From an uncultured Desulfatitalea sp. (lineage in GTDB: Bacteria > Desulfobacterota > Desulfobacteria > Desulfobacterales > Desulfosarcinaceae), in NCBI GenBank assembly GCA_963668675.2, contig CAXXMB010000002.1, positions 672,001 through 736,000 of the forward strand: 64,000 nucleotides of DNA. Reading direction: 5' to 3'. Below, in pieces: positions 40,968-50,744 of the stretch. Each line of letters opens with the position of its first letter. The first letter of the stretch is position 1. Below the pieces are notes generated by a model. It was not told the origin of the DNA, searched no databases, and was given only the letters and a program-made list of their open reading frames with translations. The position numbers and the translations under genes were made by a program.

Positions 40968-43385
40968 TCAGCGCACCTTGACGCGCAGGCGCAACTGAAA
41001 CGACGGCACACTGCCGCCGGATGCGCCGGTGAACGCACCTTTGGGGTTGATGCGAATGTGGGTCACATCGCTGTCGAACCCCAAACCATCAGGCACCGGC
41101 GTGTAGTCGAAGCTGGTGCCGTTGTTGTTTGAAAAGGCGATATCGTCTCCGTTGTCAGTCAGACCGCCGTAAGTGTAGGTAAGACCACTGGCAGTCGTGC
41201 CGTCGACAAAAAGCACCGGCCCAGACGCCGGGGCGCCCAGGTCGCCCACGAAGAGATCCGTGTTCGCAGGTACCGGATCGGTCACCACCACCGAATCGCC
41301 GTCTGTCGCACCGCCGCCCTGGTTGGTGGCGATGAGGGTATAGAGCATATGGGCCCCGGGTATGGCTTTGGGATTGGCGCCACCATTGACCGGGTCTGAC
41401 TCGACCAGGACCGTTTTAAGCAGGACAATGTCGGCCGAGGCCACCTGCAGGGTAGCGCTGGCGGTGTGCTGCACGAGGCCCTCACTGCCCTCCTCCGCGG
41501 TCACGCGGGCGGTCCAGAGGCCGTCGGTCGCGGTGGAAGGCAAGGTGTAGGCAAATTCATAGGTTTTGGTGGCAGCCAGGGAGTCGGCCACCTGGGTCAT
41601 CGGCGCAGGTGTGGGCGAACCGATCACGGGCGTGCCGTCGTCATCCTCCAGCACAAGGTCCGCACTGGTGATATCGAAACTACCGAAGGGATCGCTCACC
41701 GTTGCGCGGACGTGAACCGTCTGGCCGGGAGCGGCGTCGGCGACTGCCATGCCACCTGGATAGGGGGCATCGTAGAAGGCAACCTGATCCACGTTGATCA
41801 CGGTCCTGGCTTCCAGGGCGGCCCTGGAGTGCTCGCTGCCGGCAAGGGGGTGAACGTACAGCTGGCCATTGGCGCCATTATAGATGGATAGCAGGATCGA
41901 TTCTCCTGCCGGCACCGTCACATCGCCAGCCACCGGGACGGCAAAATCCCAGGCGGTGACCGAGGCAGCGGATGTGACGTAGACCCAGTTCTCTCCGATC
42001 AGGGTTCCCGAGGATGCATGAAGCTGTACCCGCACCCATCGATCACTGCCGGTCTCGAGCATCAGCCGGACAGGAATTGCGCCGGCATCTCCATCGATCG
42101 TCAAATCGGAGTAGAGCGCTGGAGCGAGGGTCCACGTCCGCGTCCGATAACGCCCGACCCTCACCCTGTCCTGTTGGGGCGGGGCGATGCGGGAGAGGTC
42201 CAGGTTCTCGTGAAGATAGAGCGGCTTGGTGCCGAAAGCGGGGACCGATCCGCCCGAGGCGACCGTTACACCGGCCGTGGGGCCGGTTGAGACATCGGAG
42301 AAGTTGGCCCCTCTCACCGTGGCCTGATTCTGGTACCACCCCGGGGTCGCACTGCTGCTGACCTGAAATGTGAGCTGAGTGGTTTGGCCGGGCCCCACCT
42401 GCCAGTTTCCACTCCATCGAATGGTTTGACCGCTAATGGCAGGCTCGCTGTTCGTCAGGCCGGTGGTGCTGCTCGCCCGATAAGAGAAACCGGGTGGAAG
42501 TTGGTCTTCGATATCGGCCACGAAAGCGGTGATGGAGCTGCTGTTCTGCAGCGTTATGGTGTAGTCGACCGTATCGCCTGTATTTACGGAGGTCGGCAGG
42601 GCGGACTTGGAGACGGCAAGCTGGCCGTCGGCCACAACCGCCCTGAACTGTTGCCGGTTATAGGCACCGCCGGTGGAGCCGACCACACCGAACCAGACGA
42701 TGGAGACGCCGCCGAAGATATCGGCGGCGATGTTATTCGTGTAGGTCAGCTCGTTCTTTTGTTGACCGTCCCAGAAGATGGTGAGGGTTCGGGTCGAACT
42801 GACCCAGACGAGGCGGATGGCATGATCGGCGCCATCTTCTATATCATCATCCAAGGAGTCGGCGCACTCAGGTCCCGCACCGTCGTGTTCGGGCTGGGAT
42901 GTAGCGTCGCGAATCTCATTGATGCCAATATGGTCGCAGGTCAAGTCGCCGCGGTCGTTGTTGTAATAAGTATCGATCTCAACGGCCAGGGCCGGGTAGA
43001 CACCGTGAATCCCCACCCACTCACCACCGTCCAGTGTGTCACCCAGCGCTGCGGTGCCGGCAGGGTCGTTTTGCAGAACGATCGAAAGGCCGTCGGCGCC
43101 GTTGTCGCGATCTCCCAGGTTGACCATCAGGGTGATATCGAAATCGGAAGATAGATCCACGGGCGTGTCGAGCCAGGCCGCACCGGCTTGGTTGCCCGAT
43201 TCCGGAGTGACGATGATGTCGTTCCCGTTGACCGTGGCCGAACCGGTGGGAACCCAGGCCGCACTTGATAGGGAGACACCCCAAAAAAGCGGGATGAGAA
43301 TGAGGCAGGCGATCCACCCAATTCTCAATTGTCCTGAGAAGCTCATATATTTCTTTAATGAAATCATATTTTCATGAACATCCAT
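40968..43385 (-). CDS. Secreted L-type lectin + DUF11 protein, putative tip adhesin
   Basis: NQAGAAW, GADGLSIVLQ, LAVEIDTY, GSTGGAYN (legume-lectin-like); one complete and one C-terminally truncated DUF11 domain. Confidence 0.82.
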   Translation of the reverse strand: MDVHENMISLKKYMSFSGQLRIGWIACLILIPLFWGVSLSSAAWVPTGSATVNGNDIIVTPESGNQAGAAWLDTPVDLSSDFDITLMVNLGDRDNGADGLSIVLQNDPAGTAALGDTLDGGEWVGIHGVYPALAVEIDTYYNNDRGDLTCDHIGINEIRDATSQPEHDGAGPECADSLDDDIEDGADHAIRLVWVSSTRTLTIFWDGQQKNELTYTNNIAADIFGGVSIVWFGVVGSTGGAYNRQQFRAVVADGQLAVSKSALPTSVNTGDTVDYTITLQNSSSITAFVADIEDQLPPGFSYRASSTTGLTNSEPAISGQTIRWSGNWQVGPGQTTQLTFQVSSSATPGWYQNQATVRGANFSDVSTGPTAGVTVASGGSVPAFGTKPLYLHENLDLSRIAPPQQDRVRVGRYRTRTWTLAPALYSDLTIDGDAGAIPVRLMLETGSDRWVRVQLHASSGTLIGENWVYVTSAASVTAWDFAVPVAGDVTVPAGESILLSIYNGANGQLYVHPLAGSEHSRAALEARTVINVDQVAFYDAPYPGGMAVADAAPGQTVHVRATVSDPFGSFDITSADLVLEDDDGTPVIGSPTPAPMTQVADSLAATKTYEFAYTLPSTATDGLWTARVTAEEGSEGLVQHTASATLQVASADIVLLKTVLVESDPVNGGANPKAIPGAHMLYTLIATNQGGGATDGDSVVVTDPVPANTDLFVGDLGAPASGPVLFVDGTTASGLTYTYGGLTDNGDDIAFSNNNGTSFDYTPVPDGLGFDSDVTHIRINPKGAFTGASGGSVPSFQLRLRVKVR

Positions 43386-43396
43386 TCCCGTATCAT

Positions 43397-43789
43397 TTAC
43401 TGAAACACTGGAAACTGAACGACCTTGTTGACGTTGAGCATCTTGTCCAGAACGGCGGCGACCTGCTCGTGGCCGCTGTCGGCGTAAGCGATGAAGCGCG
43501 GGCTCAACTTATGGGCCCATGTGATGATATCCTGATCGCGCCCGGGCAACACGAGCACGAGGCGCATGTCCAGCAGCAGGGGGCGCATCCCGATGAGCTG
43601 GCGCATCTCGATGGCGTCCCCCACCGAGATCAACAAAACTTCCACATCATGGCATGGCCGCCGCAGCCGCTGCTCCAATATCTGGAGCGAACGGCAGTGC
43701 ACCAGCGGCCGGCGCGACAGCGTCTCCATGACCACCTTTTCAAGGGATTCGACGACACGATTTTTCTCTGCGGCGTAGAACAGTATCAT
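43397..43789 (-). CDS. Small hypothetical protein, possibly degenerate receiver-like fold
   Basis: AAGGAG RBS before MILFY; alternating beta/alpha pattern; first gene after sigma-54 promoter. Confidence 0.65.
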   Translation of the reverse strand: MILFYAAEKNRVVESLEKVVMETLSRRPLVHCRSLQILEQRLRRPCHDVEVLLISVGDAIEMRQLIGMRPLLLDMRLVLVLPGRDQDIITWAHKLSPRFIAYADSGHEQVAAVLDKMLNVNKVVQFPVFQ

Positions 43790-43845
43790 CGAAGGCTCTC
43801 CTTTCTTGGCAATGCCCATCATTGGACCAATCCACAGATGCTCAC

Positions 43846-43861
43846 AGCAATTGCCGTGCCG
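43846..43861 (-). promoter_or_regulatory. Sigma-54 promoter of the DUF11 operon
   Basis: Minus strand CGGCAC-GGCAA-TTGCT (-24/-12); AT-rich tract 43868-43912 upstream. Confidence 0.75.
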
Positions 43862-43947
43862 CATTCCAAATATTAAAATTTTGCTATTTTTTTCAAATAG
43901 TTATAAAATATGGAGAGTGAAACGGGCGGGACTGAAGACAGGGATTT

Positions 43948-43982
43948 GTCCGGAATTCCGGACGATGTCCGAATTAACGGAT
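43948..43982. promoter_or_regulatory. Candidate tandem enhancer (UAS) sites
   Basis: Perfect palindrome GTCCGGAATTCCGGAC 43948-43963 and degenerate copy GTCCGAATTAACGGAT 43967-43982, ~100 bp upstream of the promoter. Confidence 0.65.
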
Positions 43983-43983
43983 G

Positions 43984-45417
43984 CTAATTCTTCTCATTGA
44001 GACGATACTTGGCCATCATCTCGTACAATCGGGAACGCGAGATTCCCGAGCGTTTGCATGCGTTGGGGATGTTGTTGCCGCAGATGTGCAACAGATCCTC
44101 CAGATACTTCTGCTCCACCCGGACCCGGTAGGTTTTGAAGTCGGGCAGATTATCCAGATCTTCCTGAGGCGCCTCCTTTTGGGTCGGCGTCTCCAGGCTG
44201 GCACAGGCGACTTGAATACGAAGATTGGGGGGAAGGTGCTTGGGATGCAGGGTCACATCGTTACCGGAGACAGCCAGCATGGCGTCAACGGTATGCACCA
44301 GTTCACGCACATTGCCCGGCCAGGCGTATTTGGCCATTGTTTCCAGTAGTTCCGGCGCGAAGCCTTTGGGGTCGATACCGTAGGACTCGCACAACCGGTG
44401 GGTGTGGTAGCGAACCAGATCCTGGATGTCGGATTGGCGTTCGCGCAGTGGTGGCAGGTCTATGGTCAGGGCTCGCAATCGAAAGAGCAGATCCTTGCGA
44501 AACGCCCCCTCCTCCACCATCTTTTCCAAATCGCGGTTGGTGGCGGCGATCAGCCTGAAATCGCTCTCGCGCTCCTTTTTGCCGCCCACCGGGCGGAAAC
44601 GACGCTCCTGCAGAACACGCAAAAAGGCTTTCTGGATGCTCAGAGGCAGCTCGCCCACCTCATCGAGAAAAAGCGTGCCGCCATCGGCCTGGGCGATGAG
44701 CCCATCGTGATCGCGATCGGCCCCCGTAAACGCCCCCCTGGCGTGACCGAACAGAACGCTCTCCACAAGGGTCTCGGGAAGGGCCGTGCAATCAACGACG
44801 ACAAAGTTTTTGTCCGCCCGCGGATTGCTTGTGCGCAAAGCGGGATCGAGTGACCGCATGCGGGCCCGCGGGCTGTTGGAATGGATGGCGCGCGCGAAGA
44901 GCTCTTTGCCGGTTCCGGTCTCGCCCACGATGAGCACACTGGCATCGCTTCCGGCACACTGTCCGAGCAGCGCGAAGCACGCTTTCATCTTCGGGCTGTT
45001 GCCGATGATCCGTTCGCGTTTGATGGCAACGGGCGTCTCCTTGGTGCGCTGCTCGTCCCGATACTGCAAAGCCTGATCGAGGCTCATGGCCAGGGCACGC
45101 GAATCGTCCTGAACCACCATGTACTCCCAAGCCCCGTTGCGTAAAGCGAATTCGGCCGCCCGGGGTTCCCCCTGGCGGGAGACGACAACCACTTCGGGGC
45201 AGTCGGGAAGTTGTTTGAGCCGCGGCAGCAGCGCCAAACCATCACCGTCCGGTAGATGCGTCGCCAGGATCACCGCCTCGGCCCGTTGCTCTATGGCCCG
45301 GGACCACCCCTTTGAGAGGTTGGTTGCGGTTAAGATGGTATGCCCGATAGGCTTGAGCAGGGAGGTCACGGCCGTGATCATCTCTTTGTCATCCGCGATA
45401 ATCAACGCCTTGCCCAT
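43984..45417 (-). CDS. Sigma-54 enhancer-binding protein (REC-like, AAA+, HTH)
   Basis: GETGTGKE, GAFTGA, LFLDEVGEL, WPGNVREL, C-terminal HTH. Confidence 0.95.
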   Translation of the reverse strand: MGKALIIADDKEMITAVTSLLKPIGHTILTATNLSKGWSRAIEQRAEAVILATHLPDGDGLALLPRLKQLPDCPEVVVVSRQGEPRAAEFALRNGAWEYMVVQDDSRALAMSLDQALQYRDEQRTKETPVAIKRERIIGNSPKMKACFALLGQCAGSDASVLIVGETGTGKELFARAIHSNSPRARMRSLDPALRTSNPRADKNFVVVDCTALPETLVESVLFGHARGAFTGADRDHDGLIAQADGGTLFLDEVGELPLSIQKAFLRVLQERRFRPVGGKKERESDFRLIAATNRDLEKMVEEGAFRKDLLFRLRALTIDLPPLRERQSDIQDLVRYHTHRLCESYGIDPKGFAPELLETMAKYAWPGNVRELVHTVDAMLAVSGNDVTLHPKHLPPNLRIQVACASLETPTQKEAPQEDLDNLPDFKTYRVRVEQKYLEDLLHICGNNIPNACKRSGISRSRLYEMMAKYRLNEKN

Positions 45418-45724
45418 GTGAACTCCGATAGTGGCCGCCTGCTCGGTTAAGCTTAAGAAGTGATAATGAAACCGTACTGTTAAGCGGATGATACATGAAA
45501 AAATGATTGTGTGTCAAGCACTTAGACAACGCAATATGTAGTGCCTGCCCACGAGACGCCTTTGCGTCGATCCCAGCGTCCGGCAAACCGGATCGGCCCC
45601 CGCCCAAAAAGTCCAATTGCCATGCCGACACCATTCAAGTTTTGCCGGCCAGGGCCGATAGCAGGAGTGATCGCTTTTGATATCGCGTTCACTTGAACGC
45701 AACACCGGGGAGGCCTGTTTGTAA

Positions 45725-47839
45725 ATGCATCGGTTTACACCTATCGCTTATTTGCTTTGTATCTGGAGCGCGCTGCTTGTCTCGCACGCAATGGCGGATC
45801 AAGCAGCGGCTTATCGTCCGGGAGAGCTGTTGGTCCGGTTCGCGACCCAATCCCGTGCGGCCGCCCTTGATAGAGCCGAGAGCGACCACGGCGTGCGGGT
45901 TGCAGGCTCATTGGACCATGGCCGGATTCACCATCTGCTTTTGCCGGACGATATGAGTGTCGAGCAAGCGTTGGCGATCTACCGGGACGATCCCGATATT
46001 GAGTTTGTCGAGCCCAACTACCTGATCACACCCCAGGCGACGCCCAACGATAACGACTTTTCATACCAATGGAATTTGAACAATGTGGGACAGGTCGTGT
46101 CCGGCTATGTGGGCATCACTGGTGCGGACATCGATGCAGTCAGAGCCTGGGATCTGGCGACCGGCGATGGCAGTGTCGTCGTGGCTGTGGTCGATACGGG
46201 ATGTCATCTGACCCATCCCGATCTGGCCGCCAACCTCTGGACCAATGGCATTGAGATTCCGAACAATGGTGTGGACGAAGATCACAACGGATACGTCGAC
46301 GACATCCATGGATGGGACTTTGTGGACAATGACAACATGCCCCAGGACGCCACCGGCCATGGCACGCATGTGGCCGGCACCATCGGCGCCCAGGGCAACA
46401 ACGATATAGGGATCGCCGGTATCGGATGGCAGGCCAGCATCATGCCGCTTCGATTCATGAACGCCTTTGATCAGGGGACGGTGGCGGATGCCATCCAGGC
46501 CATCGAGTACGCGGTGGCCAACGGCGCCCGGATTATCAACTGCAGCTGGGGCAGCACCGGCTACAGCATCTCGCTGAGCAGTGTCATGGCCAACGCCGAC
46601 GCCCTGTTTGTATGCGCGGCAGGCAATAGTACTAGTGATAACGATCAATCCGGCTTCTACCCGGCCAGCTACCCGTTGAACAACGTGCTATCCGTGGCAG
46701 CCAGCGATCAGATGGACCGCCTGGCCTGGTTTTCCAATATCGGCAGGCAGAGCGTTCACCTGGCGGCGCCGGGTGTCCGCATCCTGAGTCTCGGTGTGCA
46801 GCGACAGACCTTCTGGTCCGATAATTTCAGCGATGGCACACTGGATGACTGGAGCACCGGCGGCACTCCGGACGACTGGACGGTGAAAGAGGCGGCCCAG
46901 TACGCGGACACCACCACCCTGGCCGTGACCCCCGACAGCAGCTACCCGGCAAATGCCGATACGTGGGCAGCCACCCCGCAGCTGAACTTGAGCGGCAGGT
47001 ATGGTTGCAAGCTCACGTTCCAACTCATTGGCGCTTCCGAAGCCAACCACGACTATCTCTATGTCGAAGTGTCGACGGACGGCAACCTATGGGACAACCA
47101 ACCGGTCGAGGTGGGCAGCAGCATCAAATACAGTGGGATATCCGGCGCCATACCCTACTGGACGACTGCGAGCCTCGATCTGGGGGAATGGGACAACGAG
47201 GACCGGCTTCAAATCCGCTTTCGGTTTACAAGCGATGCATCCGTTTCGAACACGGGCTTTTTCATTGACGGGCTGTCGCTCAGCACCACAGCCGTCAATG
47301 AGACCTATCAGTATATGAATGGCACCTCCATGGCAGCTGCCGTTGCTTCCGGTGTGGCTGCCCTGGTGCAATCCCAGAGCCTGACCTGGGACTATTTGGC
47401 ACTGAAGAACGTCCTGATCGACAGCATCGATCTCAATGCCGAGTTCACCGGTATTACCATCGGCGGCGGTCGGCTCAATGCCTACAACGCCTTGACCCTG
47501 CTCAGTGACCTATCGCTTTCAGCCAATTCAATGGGAACCGATCGGGTCCAGCTCACCTGGAGCGTGCAATCACCGCTGGATGACCATGTCGCCGTCGAAC
47601 GACGCTCCGAAGATGAAATCGGATTCCAGGCGATTGCCCAAATCGGGGCGGATGCCACCAGCTATACCGACACGTCGGTGCAACCCAACACGACCTACTA
47701 CTACCGCGTCCAGGCCCAAACCCAGGACGGCCGTAGCGGCTACTCCAATCAAAGCCTGGCCACCACAACCGAATCATCCGCTGGCGGTGGCGGCGGAGGC
47801 GGTGGCGGTGGCTGCTTTATCGGGCATCTGATCGATTGA
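45725..47839 (+). CDS. Secreted S8 subtilisin-like protease with FN3 domain and poly-Gly-CFI C-terminal motif
   Basis: VAVVDTG, GHGTHVAG, AAGN, NGTSMA; FN3 YYYRVQA; C-terminus GGGGGGGGCFIGHLID. Confidence 0.92.
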   Translation: MHRFTPIAYLLCIWSALLVSHAMADQAAAYRPGELLVRFATQSRAAALDRAESDHGVRVAGSLDHGRIHHLLLPDDMSVEQALAIYRDDPDIEFVEPNYLITPQATPNDNDFSYQWNLNNVGQVVSGYVGITGADIDAVRAWDLATGDGSVVVAVVDTGCHLTHPDLAANLWTNGIEIPNNGVDEDHNGYVDDIHGWDFVDNDNMPQDATGHGTHVAGTIGAQGNNDIGIAGIGWQASIMPLRFMNAFDQGTVADAIQAIEYAVANGARIINCSWGSTGYSISLSSVMANADALFVCAAGNSTSDNDQSGFYPASYPLNNVLSVAASDQMDRLAWFSNIGRQSVHLAAPGVRILSLGVQRQTFWSDNFSDGTLDDWSTGGTPDDWTVKEAAQYADTTTLAVTPDSSYPANADTWAATPQLNLSGRYGCKLTFQLIGASEANHDYLYVEVSTDGNLWDNQPVEVGSSIKYSGISGAIPYWTTASLDLGEWDNEDRLQIRFRFTSDASVSNTGFFIDGLSLSTTAVNETYQYMNGTSMAAAVASGVAALVQSQSLTWDYLALKNVLIDSIDLNAEFTGITIGGGRLNAYNALTLLSDLSLSANSMGTDRVQLTWSVQSPLDDHVAVERRSEDEIGFQAIAQIGADATSYTDTSVQPNTTYYYRVQAQTQDGRSGYSNQSLATTTESSAGGGGGGGGGGCFIGHLID

Positions 47840-47852
47840 AGCGTATCGAGTC

Positions 47853-48536
47853 TTAACCGTTGCCCAACTGCTCTAAGATCGTCTTGATCTCGACCAGGCG
47901 GCCGATGCGATAGTCACACTCGGCATCACGAAGCCGTGGATCGTTGCCGCTGTCGAGCAATATCGTCACCGCCCCCGCATCCTTTCCAGCCTGACAATCA
48001 AAAAGATAGTCACCCACCATCAGCACCTGGCGGGGCGTGAGATGAAAACGACGGGCCGCCCAGAGGATACCCTCTCCGCTCGGCTTCGGGGCGACGGGAT
48101 CCTCCCGCGTGATGATCATATTGAAATCCCGGGCCCCGAGCGGATGAAATCCCTCCAGGGCAGATAGCACCGATGCCCTGCTGTTTCGGGTAATGATGCC
48201 CAGGGCCAGGTTGCGCCGTTTGAGCCAGGCAATGGTTTCAAGCGCCCCGATATTGGGGGTCGATCGCTGTGCCGCCTCGATTTCGAACACGGCAAGTCTC
48301 TCCATTGCCTCTGTTTGAGACCGTTGATCCTCCAACGATTGGATGTACTCGAGAATCGGAGTGTCGAGCGGACAGCCAAGAGCCGACTTTATGCATGGGA
48401 AATCGAGGGCGCCCGGAGTGGTCAGTGTCCCATCGAAATCAAAGAGCAGGGCTTTGATGGGGTCACCGCCTGCCAGACGAGCTGACGATTGCGCTGAAGT
48501 TCCGTCCATGGTGCACTGGGGGTCGTCGTTTCGCAT
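47853..48536 (-). CDS. HAD-family hydrolase
   Basis: FDFDGTL, ITRN, KPS, MVGDYLFD. Confidence 0.88.
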   Translation of the reverse strand: MRNDDPQCTMDGTSAQSSARLAGGDPIKALLFDFDGTLTTPGALDFPCIKSALGCPLDTPILEYIQSLEDQRSQTEAMERLAVFEIEAAQRSTPNIGALETIAWLKRRNLALGIITRNSRASVLSALEGFHPLGARDFNMIITREDPVAPKPSGEGILWAARRFHLTPRQVLMVGDYLFDCQAGKDAGAVTILLDSGNDPRLRDAECDYRIGRLVEIKTILEQLGNG

Positions 48537-48672
48537 GATGTGATTCCGAATATATTGGACAACTCAACCAAGACTGCCTATAGATATAGGAAATACCCAA
48601 CTTTTCAAGCGATAAAGCGTCCACCCGATTCACAAACGCGGTCCTGCCGCCAGCTACCCAAAGGAGAAATCC

Positions 48673-49143
48673 ATGACGCAAAAAATCCTCATCGCCATCG
48701 ATGATTCCAACAATGCCTTGAGAGCGGCTGAATTTGTCGCCCGCCACTTCTCCCAGGAGAACCGGATCACCTTGCTAAACGTGATGCTCGATACGGCAGC
48801 GCTGTGCAATATGGACAGCCCTGAGCTGATCCCACTGTTCAAATCGCAGCAGACAAGCTTCTGCTCGTTGGAGGACAAAAAGCGGGAGCTGGTCGAACAG
48901 GCAATGGAAAAGGCCAAAAAGATTCTCTTGTCGTCCGGTTTCACTCCGGAGAATGTCACCATAAAAATCGAGAACAAGAAGCATAGCGTCGCCCGAGATA
49001 TTCTGACCGAAGCGGAAAATGGGTACGACTTGATCGTCATGGGCCGCAGAGGCATCTCCGGGATAAAAGAGTTCTTCCTGGGCAGCACTTCCCAGAAGGT
49101 GTTTCAGGGCGCCAAGGAGTTATCCGTACTCATCGTCAATTAG
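48673..49143 (+). CDS. Universal stress protein
   Basis: KILIAIDDS, DLIVMGRRG..FFLGSTSQKV. Confidence 0.92.
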   Translation: MTQKILIAIDDSNNALRAAEFVARHFSQENRITLLNVMLDTAALCNMDSPELIPLFKSQQTSFCSLEDKKRELVEQAMEKAKKILLSSGFTPENVTIKIENKKHSVARDILTEAENGYDLIVMGRRGISGIKEFFLGSTSQKVFQGAKELSVLIVN

Positions 49144-49186
49144 CTTCCGTTGTCATCCGGCACGCGTCGGATGCGCACACCAGCGA

Positions 49187-50008
49187 ATGGGGACAGTGTT
49201 CAGCAACATGCCTTTTCTACCCTTGATCGAATCCGGTTACATGCGCATGCTGGACGGTATTTTCGCGCGCAGCCGCCAACCCACACCGTCTGCGTCGATC
49301 CTGAAAGCGTGCAAGCTCGTCGCCCATCGGGGCGAACACGACAACCTGACGGTAATGGAAAACAGTCTGGCCGCCTTCGAGCGAGCCGCGGATGCTGATG
49401 TATGGGGGGTCGAGCTGGACGTTCGCTGGACCAAGGATTTTGTGCCGGTGGTCTTCCACGACGCCGATCTCTCCAGGCTGTTCAATCGGCCGGAGCAGAT
49501 CGGGAGGCTTTCTTTCAATGAGCTGCGGGAGCGTGTCGATGTAATCCCCAAGCTGGCAGAGGTAGTTGAACGTTTCGGGGGAAAGCTACACTTGATGATC
49601 GAGATCAAACATCACGATTGGCCCGACCCCAAGCGTCAAAGCCGGGCGCTGATAGAAACACTCGCGCCACTCGTCCCGGCTGAAGCGTACCACCTGATGG
49701 TGCTGGACCCGGCCATCATGGCTCACTTGGATGGTTTCACCACGCGGTGCATGATCGCCATCGCTTATCACTGGCCCGACCGCTACAGCCGATGGGTCAT
49801 CGAGAATAACTGGGGCGGGTTGGCCACCCACTACAGTGTGCTGCGCCGTTCCCATATCGAGCGGCACCAATCCAAAGGGCAGCGCGTCGGCACAGCATTT
49901 CCGGCGTCACGCAACTGCCTGTTTCGCGAATTGAACCGCGGTGTGGATTTCATCTTCTCTAACCATGCCGCGCCATTGCAGACGATCATAGGAAGGAGTT
50001 GCCCATGA
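49187..50008 (+). CDS. Glycerophosphodiester phosphodiesterase family protein
   Basis: VAHRG, ENSLAAF, ELDVRWTKD, VFHD, IEIK. Confidence 0.88.
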   Translation: MGTVFSNMPFLPLIESGYMRMLDGIFARSRQPTPSASILKACKLVAHRGEHDNLTVMENSLAAFERAADADVWGVELDVRWTKDFVPVVFHDADLSRLFNRPEQIGRLSFNELRERVDVIPKLAEVVERFGGKLHLMIEIKHHDWPDPKRQSRALIETLAPLVPAEAYHLMVLDPAIMAHLDGFTTRCMIAIAYHWPDRYSRWVIENNWGGLATHYSVLRRSHIERHQSKGQRVGTAFPASRNCLFRELNRGVDFIFSNHAAPLQTIIGRSCP

Positions 50009-50487
50009 CTTCAAAAGCGCAGGCGCTTGCTGACCAATTCCGCGCCTATAATGACCAACTGATCGACTTTGTAGAAAGAGTGCCCGATACCAAATGGAAT
50101 AAAAAATGTCGAGGTGAAGAGTGGACCGTTGGTGTGGTGGCACGCCACATCGGCGCAGGCCACTACGGTAGTATCCAACTGGCCAAGATGATCATCTCCG
50201 GAGCCCCATTGCCTTCCTTCACCCGTGAACAGATCAACGAACTCGGCAACGCCCATGCCGCAAAACACGCCGATTGCAGTAAAGAGGAGGTCTTATCGAT
50301 TCTGGAGAAGAAGGGACGCGCCTTGGAGGCGTATGTGGCCGGGCTCAGCGACGCGGACCTGGCGTGCAGCGCCGATCTTGAGGCATTCGGCGGCAGTACC
50401 ACTGTCAAACAGCTACTGAAAGCCATCATCCTGCACTCTGCGGGCGAACACCTGGAGAGCATGCGCCAAACGCTGGCCGGAAGATAA
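50005..50487 (+). CDS. DinB-family protein
   Basis: WTVGVVARH and HSAGEH His motifs, helical. Confidence 0.75.
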   Translation: MTSKAQALADQFRAYNDQLIDFVERVPDTKWNKKCRGEEWTVGVVARHIGAGHYGSIQLAKMIISGAPLPSFTREQINELGNAHAAKHADCSKEEVLSILEKKGRALEAYVAGLSDADLACSADLEAFGGSTTVKQLLKAIILHSAGEHLESMRQTLAGR

Positions 50488-50530
50488 AATTAAAATTCGA
50501 CTTTCGGGTTTCGCAAAATCCACGTGCCGA

Positions 50531-50710
50531 GGCGAGTTCAGTGGGTGGTCGGTACCTCTTCAGCATCGCATTTTAGTACCGCTTGGCTGCAGTGGAGGAT
50601 CAGCGGCCCGGACTGTTTGAGCGCAAGCGAGTTTCCGGGACGCCCGTAACTTCAGTTTAGCGACACTTAAATGCGTTTGCGTCAGGTGCAGACCACCCAC
50701 TGGGCTCGCC
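50531..50710. repeat. 180-bp long-hairpin dispersed repeat, copy 2
   Basis: Colinear with 11928-12107; extra flanking IR ACTTTCGGGT 50500-50509 / ACCCGAAAGT 50720-50729. Confidence 0.9.
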
Positions 50711-50744
50711 GGGTCATGCACCCGAAAGTAGAGTTAAAAAAGAA

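Noticed and set aside
32238..43385. Classical chaperone-usher, type IV, curli or sortase pilus
   Set aside because: No recognisable PapD/PapC, prepilin GFTLxE, CsgA repeat or LPxTG motifs
47783..47812. GGC trinucleotide tract as a phase-variable microsatellite
   Set aside because: In-frame mixed codons encoding the poly-Gly linker
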